In this document: positions 24,368 to 35,985 of the stretch, one piece after another | Layout: every line of letters begins with the position of its first letter | Position numbering within the stretch: position 1 is the first letter of the stretch | Source of the DNA: Octopus bimaculoides | Taxonomy: Eukaryota | Assembly: GCF_001194135.2 (NCBI RefSeq) | Contig: NC_068989.1 | Span: forward strand, 47,465,422 to 47,507,069 | Direction of reading: 5' to 3' | DNA: 41,648 nucleotides | The notes under the pieces: model-generated | The model's input: only the letters and a program-made list of their open reading frames with translations | What the model was told of the DNA's origin: nothing | Databases searched by the model: none | Program-made: the position numbers and the translations under genes

Positions 24368-24420
24368 ACGAAAATCTGTAGGAGTTCGATATTAAATATC
24401 GAACTCCTACAGATTTTCGT
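24368..24420. repeat. Perfect 25-bp inverted repeat with a 3-nt loop
   Basis: ACGAAAATCTGTAGGAGTTCGATAT-TAA-ATATCGAACTCCTACAGATTTTCGT; extends 4 more bp after one mismatch. Confidence 0.97.
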
Positions 24421-24922
24421 CAAAAATATTCGCTTCGTTTGCTTTTCGTAATATTCCCGCAGGAGACGCTTTAAACATCGATAATTAAAAAAACTTAAAA
24501 CTTTGATATATATATCGTTGACACTTGTTTTTCATACACATCGTATAATTTCATGCTCCACGTATTGCAATATTTTGGCCAGTCAATAAGATCGGTGAAT
24601 TACTTTTCAGATATTTCTGTGCAAACCAAACCAATTATTCATAACTCCACGTGGAGAAACTCAAGTTTCAGTTAAATGCATTCGGTTGTTTTGTTTATAC
24701 CTTGTAACTTATCAATTTGGACAAATATCATGTAGAATGAGTATCAGATATAAAAAAGCAATAGATAAATGGTCTATTTGATCGGTTAAAACCCTGGAGG
24801 CGGTACCTCAGCACGGCTGCTACCAATTCATCGAAAATATCCAAAAGAAGTTTGTTTACAAAATGTTCTCACATTCCACAAGCGATTACTCAGCATTATA
24901 AAAGGTCGAAGTCTTTCATCAG

Positions 24923-24997
24923 GGCTCTCTTCACTTAATGGTTCGGAGCACACAACCGGACTTTCAGAGGTACAGGGTTCGATTCCCCGTGGAGGCT
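24923..24997 (+). pseudogene. tRNA-like sequence (tRNA pseudogene or SINE head)
   Basis: Perfect B box GGTTCGATTCC (24976-24986) and A-box-like TCACTTAATGG at tRNA spacing. Acceptor and anticodon stems pair poorly. Confidence 0.4.
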
Positions 24998-25456
24998 TCC
25001 CTCCCCACCCNNNNNNNNNNNNNNNNNNNNNNNNNNNNNNNNNNNNNNNNNNNNNNNNNNNNNNNNNNNNNNNNNNNNNNNNNNNNNNNNNNNNNNNNNN
25101 NNNNNNNNNNNNNNNNNNNNNNNNNNNNNNNNNNNNNNNNNNNNNNNNNNNNNNNNNNNNNNNNNNNNNNNNNNNNNNNNNNNNNNNNNNNNNNNNNNNN
25201 NNNNNNNNNNNNNNNNNNNNNNNNNNNNNNNNNNNNNNNNNNNNNNNNNNNNNNNNNNNNNNNNNNNNNNNNNNNNNNNNNNNNNNNNNNNNNNNNNNNN
25301 NNNNNNNNNNNNNNNNNNNNNNNNNNNNNNNNNNNNNNNNNNNNNNNNNNNNNNNNNNNNNNNNNNNNNNNNNNNNNNNNNNNNNNNNNNNNNNNNNNNN
25401 NNNNNNNNNNNNNNNNNNNNNNNNNNNNNNNNNNNNNNNNNNNNNNNNAAGCACAT

Positions 25457-25844
25457 TTGCCACTTAAATGTGGTTGACCCCCAGGGGTGGATGTTACTGT
25501 TGCTTTTAGCCCCAGGAGGACATCTCCTCCAGATGGCTTATCGACACACTACTGTGTCCTGTTTGCCAAGGGAAGTTCAGTGAAGAATTTCACTGGAAAA
25601 GTATACCTAAGATTGCCAAGAATTTATCTCTCTCATCAAAGATCAGTGGCTATCGGACGCTGACAAAGGGAAATAACCCTGAAACCCGGGTCCGTTCGTG
25701 CTACAGATCATGATGAGAGGGATAACTTCCCTTGGCAAACAGGATACAGTAGTGTGTCGATAAGCCAGCTGGAGGAGATGTCCTCCTGGGGCTAAAAGCA
25801 ACAGTAACATCCACCCCTAGGGGTCAGCCACACTTAAGTGGCAA
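25457..25844. repeat. Long inverted repeat: 121-bp arms (25457-25577 and 25724-25844), 146-bp spacer
   Basis: Arms are reverse complements with 5 mismatches by my count. The spacer begins with the hairpin CAGTGAA-GAAT-TTCACTG. Confidence 0.95.
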
Positions 25845-25924
25845 TATACTTCACATTATATATATATACATATAGATATACATATATATACATACATGCA
25901 TACAACGAAACACACACATATATC

Positions 25925-25985
25925 TCCCTCTCTCTTTTTCTCTCTCTCTCTCGTTCTCTCTCTACCTCTCTTTCTCTCTCTCCCC

Positions 25986-26073
<88 letters not shown>
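25925..26073. repeat. (TC)n-(TA)n tract
   Basis: Direct reading. Confidence 0.95.
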
Positions 26074-26077
<4 letters not shown>

Positions 26078-26860
26078 GTCATCCCATTCGTAAGCTCCGA
26101 ATTATGGGTGAGGAAACAAGTTATCTAAATTTACATTTTATATAATTCCCATCATTATCGATGACTTCCTTCCACTTACTTTTGTTTTTCAATTCCATTG
26201 GTGACAAACTCGTTTTGGTTTTGATGAGAGGAAAGAAACGGAGGATAGTTTCGAACTCTTTGGGGATTTTCAGTACGTATCCAGCTAAATACTTCTGTAA
26301 GCTTCCAAACAAATTACAATCAGGAGTGAGGTCCGAGGAATAAGGCGGACGAGGGATGTTTTCCTTGCCAAGTTCTTCCATTTTTTTCTGATGTAAAGTT
26401 TGCAGTGCGGGACTTGGCATCATCATGATGAAACACCAATCTCTTACGATTCGCCAAAGCAGGCATCTTTTTCTTCAACGCAGCAACCAAACGCTGTAAT
26501 TGTTGACAATATGTGTGAACAGTAGTTGTTACATTAGTTGGTAGCAGCTCAAAGTGGATAACACCAGTGCAATTCCACAAAACAGAACGAAGAACCATTT
26601 TTCATGGATTCCTTTTTGGGTTCTGGTTTAGCTACAATTAAACCATTGCTTTCGTCGCTTAACATTTTCACGAAAAATCTATTTTTCATCATTACTCTAA
26701 TTTGTATAATATCGTGAGATACGTTCAAGAGAGTGAAGAGGGGAGCAAATGTCCGCCCGTGACTTTCATTTGGCTTCTGGCAAATCATGGGTACCCATTT
26801 TCTGAGTTTGGGCAACTTACCGTGTTGTTCAAGATGGCTATGCAACATTCATAATTACAT
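26074..26860 (-). mobile_element. Mariner-family transposase remnant
   Basis: Overlapping broken ORFs give RKWVP (WVPHEL-like), NDEK, VLWNCTGVIHFELLP, LVFHHDDAK and RPPYSSDLTPDCNLF (YSPDLAP-like). A TA followed by a TCAGGTCATCCC TIR-like end lies at 26072-26085, against a (TA)n tract. Confidence 0.9.
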
Positions 26861-26864
26861 ATGC

Positions 26865-28095
26865 TCAAACTATGGATTCATCAGAGGATGATAAACTTGC
26901 CTTCTATCTATCACTTACAGAGATTTATGTAGTATCCCCCTTGATGACAAAGTTGTCATTTTGGGTGATTTTAATGCTCGAGTTGGTGCACATTGGGAGA
27001 CCTGGAGTGTCTTGGGAAGGCATAGAGTTGTGAGTTCCAACAGTAATGGTTTACCATTATTGCAAATGTGCGTAGAGATAGATCATTTTTGTGTGATGAA
27101 CACAATGTTTCAACTAAAAAATAATTTTAAAACGACATGGATGCACCCTCGTTCTAAGGAATGGCATTTTATAGATTACATCTTCACTAGGAAACGAGAT
27201 ACTATGGGCTTTACTATTGTACGAGTGATGCATGCCAAGGTGAATGTTGCTGTCATAAATTAGAACAAATAATAAGTTACCTAAACGGACTGATGTCAAT
27301 AAATTTAAGATTCCGTTAGTACACAATCAGTTTGTGAGAGAGATAAATAATCTGTCATGTGATTGAAGTTGAAAGTCATTCAAAGAAAGAGTATATGAGG
27401 TTTGTTGTAACATTCTTGGCTTTGCTGTAAAAAAGCATCAAGAATGGTTTGACGATAATGATGAAGTTAGTCTTATCTTAGTGGAGAAGGAAGAGGCATT
27501 TAACATGTTGCAAAATGTTGAGATGTCAGCAAACCGGAGAGTGGCTACACATTTCAAGGCAGTAAATGCAGAGGAAGCTGAGGATGATGCAAGAAAATTG
27601 GAGCAGTGATAGATGTGATGAAATCCAAGAAGCTTCAAATGCTAATAATTCCAAACTTTTTTACTCTCTCTTTTGGAAAAAGTTTATGGACCAGTTTCAT
27701 CAATATTTGCGCTACTCCGGAGAAAGGATGGCACATAAATATTAACAAATCCTAAAGATACTGTAGGGAGATGGAAAGAGCCTTTTGATGAGTTACTCAA
27801 TAGACCCACTGAAGTGGACCTCTCTTTTCTTGATAATATACCTGAGAGACCAACAAAACATCTTTTAGCAGAAGTTCAAAACCTGGCAGAAATAAAAGCG
27901 GTAAACAGGAAATTGAACACTGGAAAAGCCTCTGATATAGATTGACTGGGTGCAGAGATATATAAATACGGTGGTGAACGTCTCTATACAATGTTAACAG
28001 CTGTGATTCAGAGAGTTTAGCATAGTGAAGAGGTTCCTCCGAATTGACGTGATGCGACTATGGAGATACTATGTAAATCGAAAGGTAGAAAAGAT
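26865..28095 (+). mobile_element. RTE-clade LINE fragment (APE endonuclease C-terminal half through RT start), decayed
   Basis: VVILGDFNARVG...NSNGLPLLQMC...NTMFQLKNNFKTTWMHPRSKEWHFIDYIFTRKRD (APE); later GKAS...GAEIYKYGGERL...RDATMEILCKSKGRKD. Confidence 0.92.
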
Positions 28096-28254
28096 GTCAA
28101 GTAATAATCGGCAGAAGTTATAAAGTGATTCAAGAGCTGAGAGTTTCTTGCGTTGGCACTTATTAGGTAATAAGTGATGAATACCATCTCACGAAATTTT
28201 GTATATATTCATGTCTTGATTCTAGTTTGTGTTGATTGTGTAACCAAACGTAAT

Positions 28255-28285
<31 letters not shown>

Positions 28286-28435
28286 CTGTGTGTGCATGTG
28301 AGTGTTTGTGTGGAGAAAGAGAGAAAAATAGAGACACAGAGATACAGTAATAGGTGAGCGCAAAAAGGTAAACACATATACGCATATGTGTGTGTGTGTA
28401 ATATAAATAAATAAATACACACACACAGACACGCA

Positions 28436-28476
<41 letters not shown>

Positions 28477-28493
28477 ATATACATATACGTGTA

Positions 28494-28524
<31 letters not shown>

Positions 28525-29099
28525 GTGTGTGTAATGATACGTTCAGATACTCACACACACGTTATATTCATACGTATATGTATGCACGTATGAACGTATA
28601 TCACGACATATATATAAATCTTTACTTACAAACTGAAAATATCGTGTGGTCTGAGAATACATGAGGAAAAGAAATGCGCAAAAAAAGAATCACACCATAT
28701 TTTTCCCAAGTCTAATTAATCATCAGTAAACGACAATCGAAAGAAACTATTGTTGACATGTAATTATTACATGCTGTCTTCATCTATCATATCATCGTAT
28801 AAAAATATGACCATAATTGATCGCGCTTCCTTCCGAGATTCTTAAAATGCTTTGCTAGATAATATATATATGGAACAAGATAACATACAGATGTTCTAAA
28901 GAAATATACGATGAAAATATTCCTGATAGTTTATTTGGAAATAATAAAATACAAAATGTTGATATAAATAACGTGATATGAAGCATCAAGTTATTCTAAT
29001 ATTTCTTGCGTTCATTTTTCACGTATGTATTTCTTAATCTGTTCTCGTTTTTGTCTCTGATTCTTAAGCATTATCTTGCTGCACATATCGCTCGCTCTG

Positions 29100-29545
29100 T
29101 ATATAATGCATATGTAGGCATACGATGTGGAGAATATACCGTCAGCATTGCCCAAACGACCTGAACATTAGTTTCAAAATTCATCCAAGGCTGGGATCAC
29201 GGGCCATACGTCCCATCCCCAATTCAGGATCACAACATATAGGCACACTGCGACATAATTTCTTTTCCTCAACAGGCCCTTCCCTGTTTATCATTGTCCC
29301 AAAACTGATTAAAGAGGATGATCCCATCACTTTTAAAAGGAGTCTGGACAGATTTCTTCAAGGAATACCAGATAAGTCACCCATACCTGGATACAACTCA
29401 CTCAACAAGAACTCACTACTTCAATGGACCATGAGCAAAACTTGACTTTAAAAGGATTTAGATAATCCTATCAGGTGGTACTATTAAGTTAGACATGACC
29501 TGGACCAATCTTTGGTCGAAACATATCTAAGTCTTATCTAAGTTT
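29100..29545 (+). mobile_element. CR1-like LINE 3' end
   Basis: ORF 29125-29445: HPRLGSRAIRP...NFFSSTGPSLFIIVPK...FKRSLDRFLQGIPDKSPIPGY...NSLLQW resembles a CR1/L2-group ORF2 C-terminus. It is followed by a short 3' UTR ending in repeated ATCTAAG. Confidence 0.8.
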
Positions 29546-30018
29546 TATATGTGTATACATACATATATATATATATANNNNNNNNNNNNNNNNNNNNNNN
29601 NNNNNNNNNNNNNNNNNNNNNNNNNNNNNNNNNNNNNNNNNNNNNNNNNNNNNNNNNNNNNNNNNNNNNNNNNNNNNNNNNNNNNNNNNNNNNNNNNNNN
29701 NNNNNNNNNNNNNNNNNNNNNNNNNNNNNNNNNNNNNNNNNNNNNNNNNNNNNNNNNNNNNNNNNNNNNNNNNNNNNNNNNNNNNNNNNNNNNNNNNNNN
29801 NNNNNNNNNNNNNNNNNNNNNNNNNNNNNNNNNNNNNNNNNNNNNNNNNNNNNNNNNNNNNNNNNNNNNNNNNNNNNNNNNNNNNNNNNNNNNNNNNNNN
29901 NNNNNNNNNNNNNNNNNNNNNNNNNNNNNNNNNNNNNNNNNNNNNNNNNNNNNNNNNNNNNNNNNNNNNNNNNNNNNNNNNNNNNNNNNNNNNNNNNNNN
30001 NNNNNNNNNNNNNNNNNN

Positions 30019-30091
<73 letters not shown>

Positions 30092-30148
30092 GCAGACAGA
30101 CAGACAGAAAGACAGACAGGTGTATAGATAGATAGATAGATAGATAGA
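30019..30148. repeat. (TA)-(GA)-(GACA)-(GATA) compound tract
   Basis: Direct reading. Confidence 0.95.
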
Positions 30149-30174
30149 CTTTCCGAGTAGCTGATACGCTGCAT

Positions 30175-30452
30175 CAGAGAGATTTGTGCAATAGTGATAC
30201 GATGAAGTAGTTGTATGCTGTCAACTTAATGTGACAGTCCCCTGAAGGGAATAATACTACTGTTGGTTAGACCTAAGAAGCTGCACCGCTTCCTGTCGGC
30301 CTTGACACATTTTCTGTGTCCTTATGTTTACAAGTAGTGATACGATACTTCATCGTATCACTACTGCATAAATCTCTCTGAGAGATTTACAACAGTAGTA
30401 TTATTCCCTTCAGGGTACTGTCACATTAAGTTGACAGCATACAACTACTTCA
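30175..30452. repeat. Scrambled inverted duplication with two junctional hairpins
   Basis: 30175-30209 is the reverse complement of 30346-30380 (33/35). 30203-30265 is the reverse complement of 30390-30452 (62/63). Local hairpins at 30333-30365 (14 bp) and 30369-30389 (9 bp). Confidence 0.95.
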
Positions 30453-30975
30453 CAAAAAAAAAAGAAAATGGAAATTTTACCGGTGTGTTAAACTATAAGG
30501 CACCAAAAGAGAATGACTCTCTCCANNNNNNNNNNNNNNNNNNNNNNNNNNNNNNNNNNNNNNNNNNNNNNNNNNNNNNNNNNNNNNNNNNNNNNNNNNN
30601 NNNNNNNNNNNNNNNNNNNNNNNNNNNNNNNNNNNNNNNNNNNNNNNNNNNNNNNNNNNNNNNNNNNNNNNNNNNNNNNNNNNNNNNNNNNNNNNNNNNN
30701 NNNNNNNNNNNNNNNNNNNNNNNNNNNNNNNNNNNNNNNNNNNNNNNNNNNNNNNNNNNNNNNNNNNNNNNNNNNNNNNNNNNNNNNNNNNNNNNNNNNN
30801 NNNNNNNNNNNNNNNNNNNNNNNNNNNNNNNNNNNNNNNNNNNNNNNNNNNNNNNNNNNNNNNNNNNNNNNNNNNNNNNNNNNNNNNNNNNNNNNNNNNN
30901 NNATATATATATTATACATAAACATACACAAGTCCGTGTCTGTGTCTGTGTATGTGTGTGTGAAAGTCATTAAGA

Positions 30976-32406
30976 TAGTGTTTCCCTGGGTATTGAATTG
31001 TTTTGAAGATGCCTACATCCACACAGTGCCGGTCTCCCAGAGATTTTTGAAGGATGTTGAGGAGCTTCGGGTCCTTGAAACCCAAACTGTTGCAGTATCT
31101 CGTCTTTTGATGGAGATGCTGGGATCTTTGGCACTATGCAATCGCGGCACGTTCTGCTGTTTGTGTAAATTTCAATAGTAGAATTTGTTACGAAACTTTC
31201 AAGGATTTTCCAGATGCATATCACTGCATATCTTTCCCGCCTTCAGTCTAGAGGGATGTGTTTTAATTCTTTCAGACTTTCCGAGTAGCTGATACGCTGC
31301 ATTCAGACGATTTTTTTTTGTGTAACTTCGTTGGATTGCTGCGAGTTCTGCTGTTAACTTTATATTGTGTGGTGACCTCAGTTGTGAGCAGTAGTCCAAG
31401 CAGCTGGGGATGTATTCCCTCCAATGGACCATTATTGTCTCTTTTTTTCTCGTTTTGAAAGTTCGGAGTATCCAGCCAGCCAGCCAGCCCCAAACCATTA
31501 CCAAACTGGCAATATGCACCTGCAAAGACGCATCACTACCCATGCAAATGCCCGGGTCACGCAACGATTTCAACTCAGGGACTGTAATCCTTCCCTCGGT
31601 AGTGCATCCCTTCCGTATGACGTTCACCCTCTGCGCCGGTAGCGCTGGGCCCTGAATTTTCCTGCATCAAACTGCATGCCATCGTCCTCAGTCCATCCGC
31701 ACATCGCATAAGACTCCCGCTGCAAATGCGCAATACCTACAGGATCCTGCATTGACCCAGAGACCCCTGTGCCATTTGCACATCTGACAAACGTGACCAT
31801 CCGAGCAGCCGAGGGCACGTCAGAGAGGGAACCCCATGAACATCAGTGACTCCAAGGCAGTGCTCCCTGGAACACCACACGCCACCCGTGTTTGCCCCGA
31901 GGTGGCTCCACATGCCAATAACCGCCTGTCGTCCGTCGCCCAGAAAGTCAGTCATGCAACCTCCCAACTATATCGAGATCATGTAGTTTGTGATATATCA
32001 TACCATGATCGACTTTATCAAAGGCTTTTGAAAAGACGAGATTTATCACATCCACATTTGAGTCATTTAGCAGCTGTGTTAACACTCAGTCGTTATGTTG
32101 CAAGAGCTGTGTTAGACAGCTTGTACCTGGTCAAAATGCATGCTGGGTATCAGTCAGCAAGTCCTTTTCTTCAAAGAATGCGATTTGTTTCTTGCAGACT
32201 ATCCGTTCCATGACTTTGCTGACGTGTGAGGTTAGAGAGATAGGCCTATAATTTTTAGCATATGCTCGGCTTCCTTCTTTATGGATAGGGCATATTATGT
32301 CTTCCTTCTGGGAAATTGCCTCTCTTAAGAAAGCTCTGAAAAAGAAGATGCAGTGATTTTGCAAGGGATTGCTTCCTTGATTTAAGAAGGATTGCTGGGA
32401 ATCCAT
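30976..32406 (-). mobile_element. CR1-like LINE, 5'-truncated, with a nearly complete but decayed RT domain
   Basis: ICPIHKEGSRAYAKNYRPISLTSHVSKVMERIV...LTDTQH; FSKAFDKVDHG; degenerate GVPQG-like region; DDGMQFDAGKF; CLDYCSQLRSP; MQRISYSESLKELK; RRERYAVICIWKILE. Confidence 0.93.
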
Positions 32407-32560
32407 TATGTATATATACTTTATCTATAAGGCTTAATTTAATATTAATTTTTTATAAATNNNNNNNNNNNNNNNNNNNNNNNNNNNNNNNNNNNNNNNN
32501 NNNNNNNNNNNNNNNNNNNNNNNNNNNNNNNNNNNNNNNNNNNNNNNNNNNNNNNNNNNN

Positions 32561-33425
32561 ATTACTATGTTAGTGTCATGTCTGCCGTTGTTGTTGTTAT
32601 CAATATTATTGTCACTGTCGATGTGATATATGTTGTCTGTATTGTTCTCAATATTGTTATTGCTATTTTATGTCTTGTCTGTTCTTCTTGTTATTCTATT
32701 ATTACTGCCTGTATGATGTACGTTGTTATTGATGTTACTCTCATTATTGTTATTCTTTGTGTTATGCTTGCTATTGTTATTACCGTCACTATCTGTTTTC
32801 ATATCTGTTGTTACTGTTGCTATTGTTGTTGTGATTACTACTATCATGTGCGTTGCTGCTGTTGTTGTTGTTGTTGTTATGGTCACTGTCTGTTCCAAGA
32901 ATGTTGATACTTTCCTTACTGTCTGTGTCATACTTGTTGTAGTTATTGTTGTTGTTACTATTACTGTTGTTGTGATTATTGTCTGATGCTGTTGTTATTG
33001 TTACTGTCTGTGTTATGTCTGTTGTTATTGTTGTTTTTGTTGCTCTGTGTTATGCCCATCGTTATTTGTTCTGATTGTTATTGTTTGTGTTACATATGTT
33101 GTTGTTGGCATTCTTGTTTCACGAAGCTGTTATGTATCTATTTATGTTGCTTTTGCCGTTACTGTCTGCGTCCTGTCTTATGTTGATATGATCATTAGTG
33201 TGTGTGTCATTGTGTCCGGGATGTATAATTTTTGTTATAATTATTAATTTTATCATTATTGTATTTACTGAAAGTTATTTTTAGTGCTATTGTTTCATCA
33301 ATGTTTCGTCTATAGCCATTGTTATAATCGCTTATTACATCCCCGTTATTGTTGTTTACTTATTTCTGTTGCTAATGATATTATTGTTAATATTTGTGTT
33401 ATGTTTGGTATTATTATTATCTTTA
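32561..33425. repeat. Degenerate TTG/TTA/TG low-complexity region
   Basis: Direct reading; it produces the Cys/Val-rich pseudo-ORFs. Confidence 0.9.
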
Positions 33426-33433
33426 TTAAAGAA

Positions 33434-33795
33434 GGCGACGAGCTGGCAGAATCATTGGCAAGCCGGCCAAACTGCTTAGCGGTATTTCGTCTGTTGCTAC
33501 GTTCTGAGTTCAAGTTCCGCCGAGGTCGACATTGCCTTTCATTCTCACGGGGTCAATAAATTAAGTACCAGTGAAACACTGGGGGTCGATGTAATCGACT
33601 AGTCACCTCCCCACAAATTTGAGGCCTTGAGCTTTCAGTAGAAAGGGTTATTCATGTTACTGTTAAAGCTGGCAGAATTGTTAGCACTCTGGACAAAATG
33701 CTTAGTCGTATTTCGTCCGTCTTAACGTTCTGGGTTCAAATGTCACCGAGAACGACATTGCCTTTCGTTATTTCAGGGTCGATAAAATAAGGACA
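33434..33795 (+). mobile_element. Two tandem Meta-like SINE copies (33434-33648 and 33668-33795)
   Basis: GAGCTGGCAGAATC...GAGTTCAAGTTCCGCCGAGGTCGACATTGCCTTTCATTCTCACGGGGTCAATAAATTAAGTACCAG, resembling the MetaSINE core. Confidence 0.85.
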
Positions 33796-34627
33796 CAGAT
33801 TGCGCGCGCGCGTGTGTGTGTGTATTGTTGTGTCTGGGGAGAGTCAGTCTGTTTTAATGCCTTATTAATGAGCACACTCACCGGTTCAATTTCCACTCAT
33901 TTCTTATTCAACAANNNNNNNNNNNNNNNNNNNNNNNNNNNNNNNNNNNNNNNNNNNNNNNNNNNNNNNNNNNNNNNNNNNNNNNNNNNNNNNNNNNNNN
34001 NNNNNNNNNNNNNNNNNNNNNNNNNNNNNNNNNNNNNNNNNNNNNNNNNNNNNNNNNNNNNNNNNNNNNNNNNNNNNNNNNNNNNNNNNNNNNNNNNNNN
34101 NNNNNNNNNNNNNNNNNNNNNNNNNNNNNNNNNNNNNNNNNNNNNNNNNNNNNNNNNNNNNNNNNNNNNNNNNNNNNNNNNNNNNNNNNNNNNNNNNNNN
34201 NNNNNNNNNNNNNNNNNNNNNNNNNNNNNNNNNNNNNNNNNNNNNNNNNNNNNNNNNNNNNNNNNNNNNNNNNNNNNNNNNNNNNNNNNNNNNNNNNNNN
34301 NNNNNNNNNNNNNNNNNNNNNNNNNNNNNNNNNNNNNNNNNNNNNNNNNNNNNNNNNNNNNNNNNNNNNNNNNNNNNNNNNNNNNNNNNNNNNNNNNNNN
34401 NNNNNNNNNNNNNNNNNNNNNNNNNNNNNNNNNNNNNNNNNNNNNNNNNNNNNNNNNNNNNNNNNNNNNNNNNNNNNNNNNNNNNNNNNNNNNNNNNNNN
34501 NNNNNNNNNNNNNNNNNNNNNNNNNNNNNNNNNNNNNNNNNNNNNNNNNNNNNNNNNNNNNNNNNNNNNNNNNNNNNNNNNNNNNNNNNNNNNNNNNNNN
34601 NNNNNNNNNNNNNNNNNNNNNNNNNNN

Positions 34628-34663
<36 letters not shown>

Positions 34664-34673
34664 TGTGTTTGTA

Positions 34674-34705
<32 letters not shown>

Positions 34706-34911
34706 TGTGCGTGTGTCTGTTGAAAGTGACTTCGTTGTTGAGAGTGACTTTGAAGATTCAGTCAGTTAAACCATCGTTCGGCGATGGCTTAACTATAATC
34801 TTGTTTTTAACAAAAGTATAGCGTAAATGTAAAATCTTTTCCATTATAACTAAACATAAAAGCAAACATACATATGTCTGTGTGTGTACATATATATATA
34901 TATATGATTGA

Positions 34912-35068
34912 GATTTTACAGTTTCCGTGTGCCTAATCCACTCACAATGTTTTGGTCGGTGCGGGGCTATTGCAGAAGACACTTGACGAAAGTACCACGC
35001 AAAGAGACTCAACCGGAAACCAGGCGGTTGCGAAGCTAACTTCTTACTATACAGCCGTGCCTGTCCCT
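34912..35068 (-). mobile_element. CORE-like SINE, 5' half
   Basis: Reverse complement of head and core (AATCCACTCACAA...TTGGTCGG...GAAGACACTTG...CCACGC). Confidence 0.75.
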
Positions 35069-35439
35069 ATATAACCATTCTTGCTTTATGTAATAATTAT
35101 CTCGATTTGTTTTTTTTTGGGGGGGGGGATTTTTTTTTTTTCTGAATTGTTTTCTCTCAAGATTTTTCCCTTATTAGATAAAGCAAATATTTCTCGAACC
35201 TACGTTCCATAAGCTGCTGCTACAATTTTCTGACATAAACAAACAATAACGAAAACAATGTGCTAAATTACTGCAGCAGTTGTGAAATTTTGTGGAAATT
35301 ACTTTTGTATAAGAAGATTTCTTGGATGGAGTTTTATCGCAGGAATTATAGAGTTTAAGTGAATAGGAATTTAAATTACTTTCTCGCCATTCTTGTTGTT
35401 ATTTTCTACTTTTGAAATTTCTATCTATAATTTTTTTCT

Positions 35440-35985
<546 letters not shown>

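Noticed and set aside
24923-24997. Functional tRNA gene
   Set aside because: Acceptor and anticodon stems do not pair adequately.
25457-25844. Interpretation as a standard MITE
   Set aside because: No TSD is visible, and the copy at 17513-17692 shows the arm and spacer belong to one linear repeat. Retained as a fold-back finding.
32578-33559. Cys/Val-rich membrane-like ORFs
   Set aside because: Degenerate TTG/TG low-complexity DNA is open in several frames.
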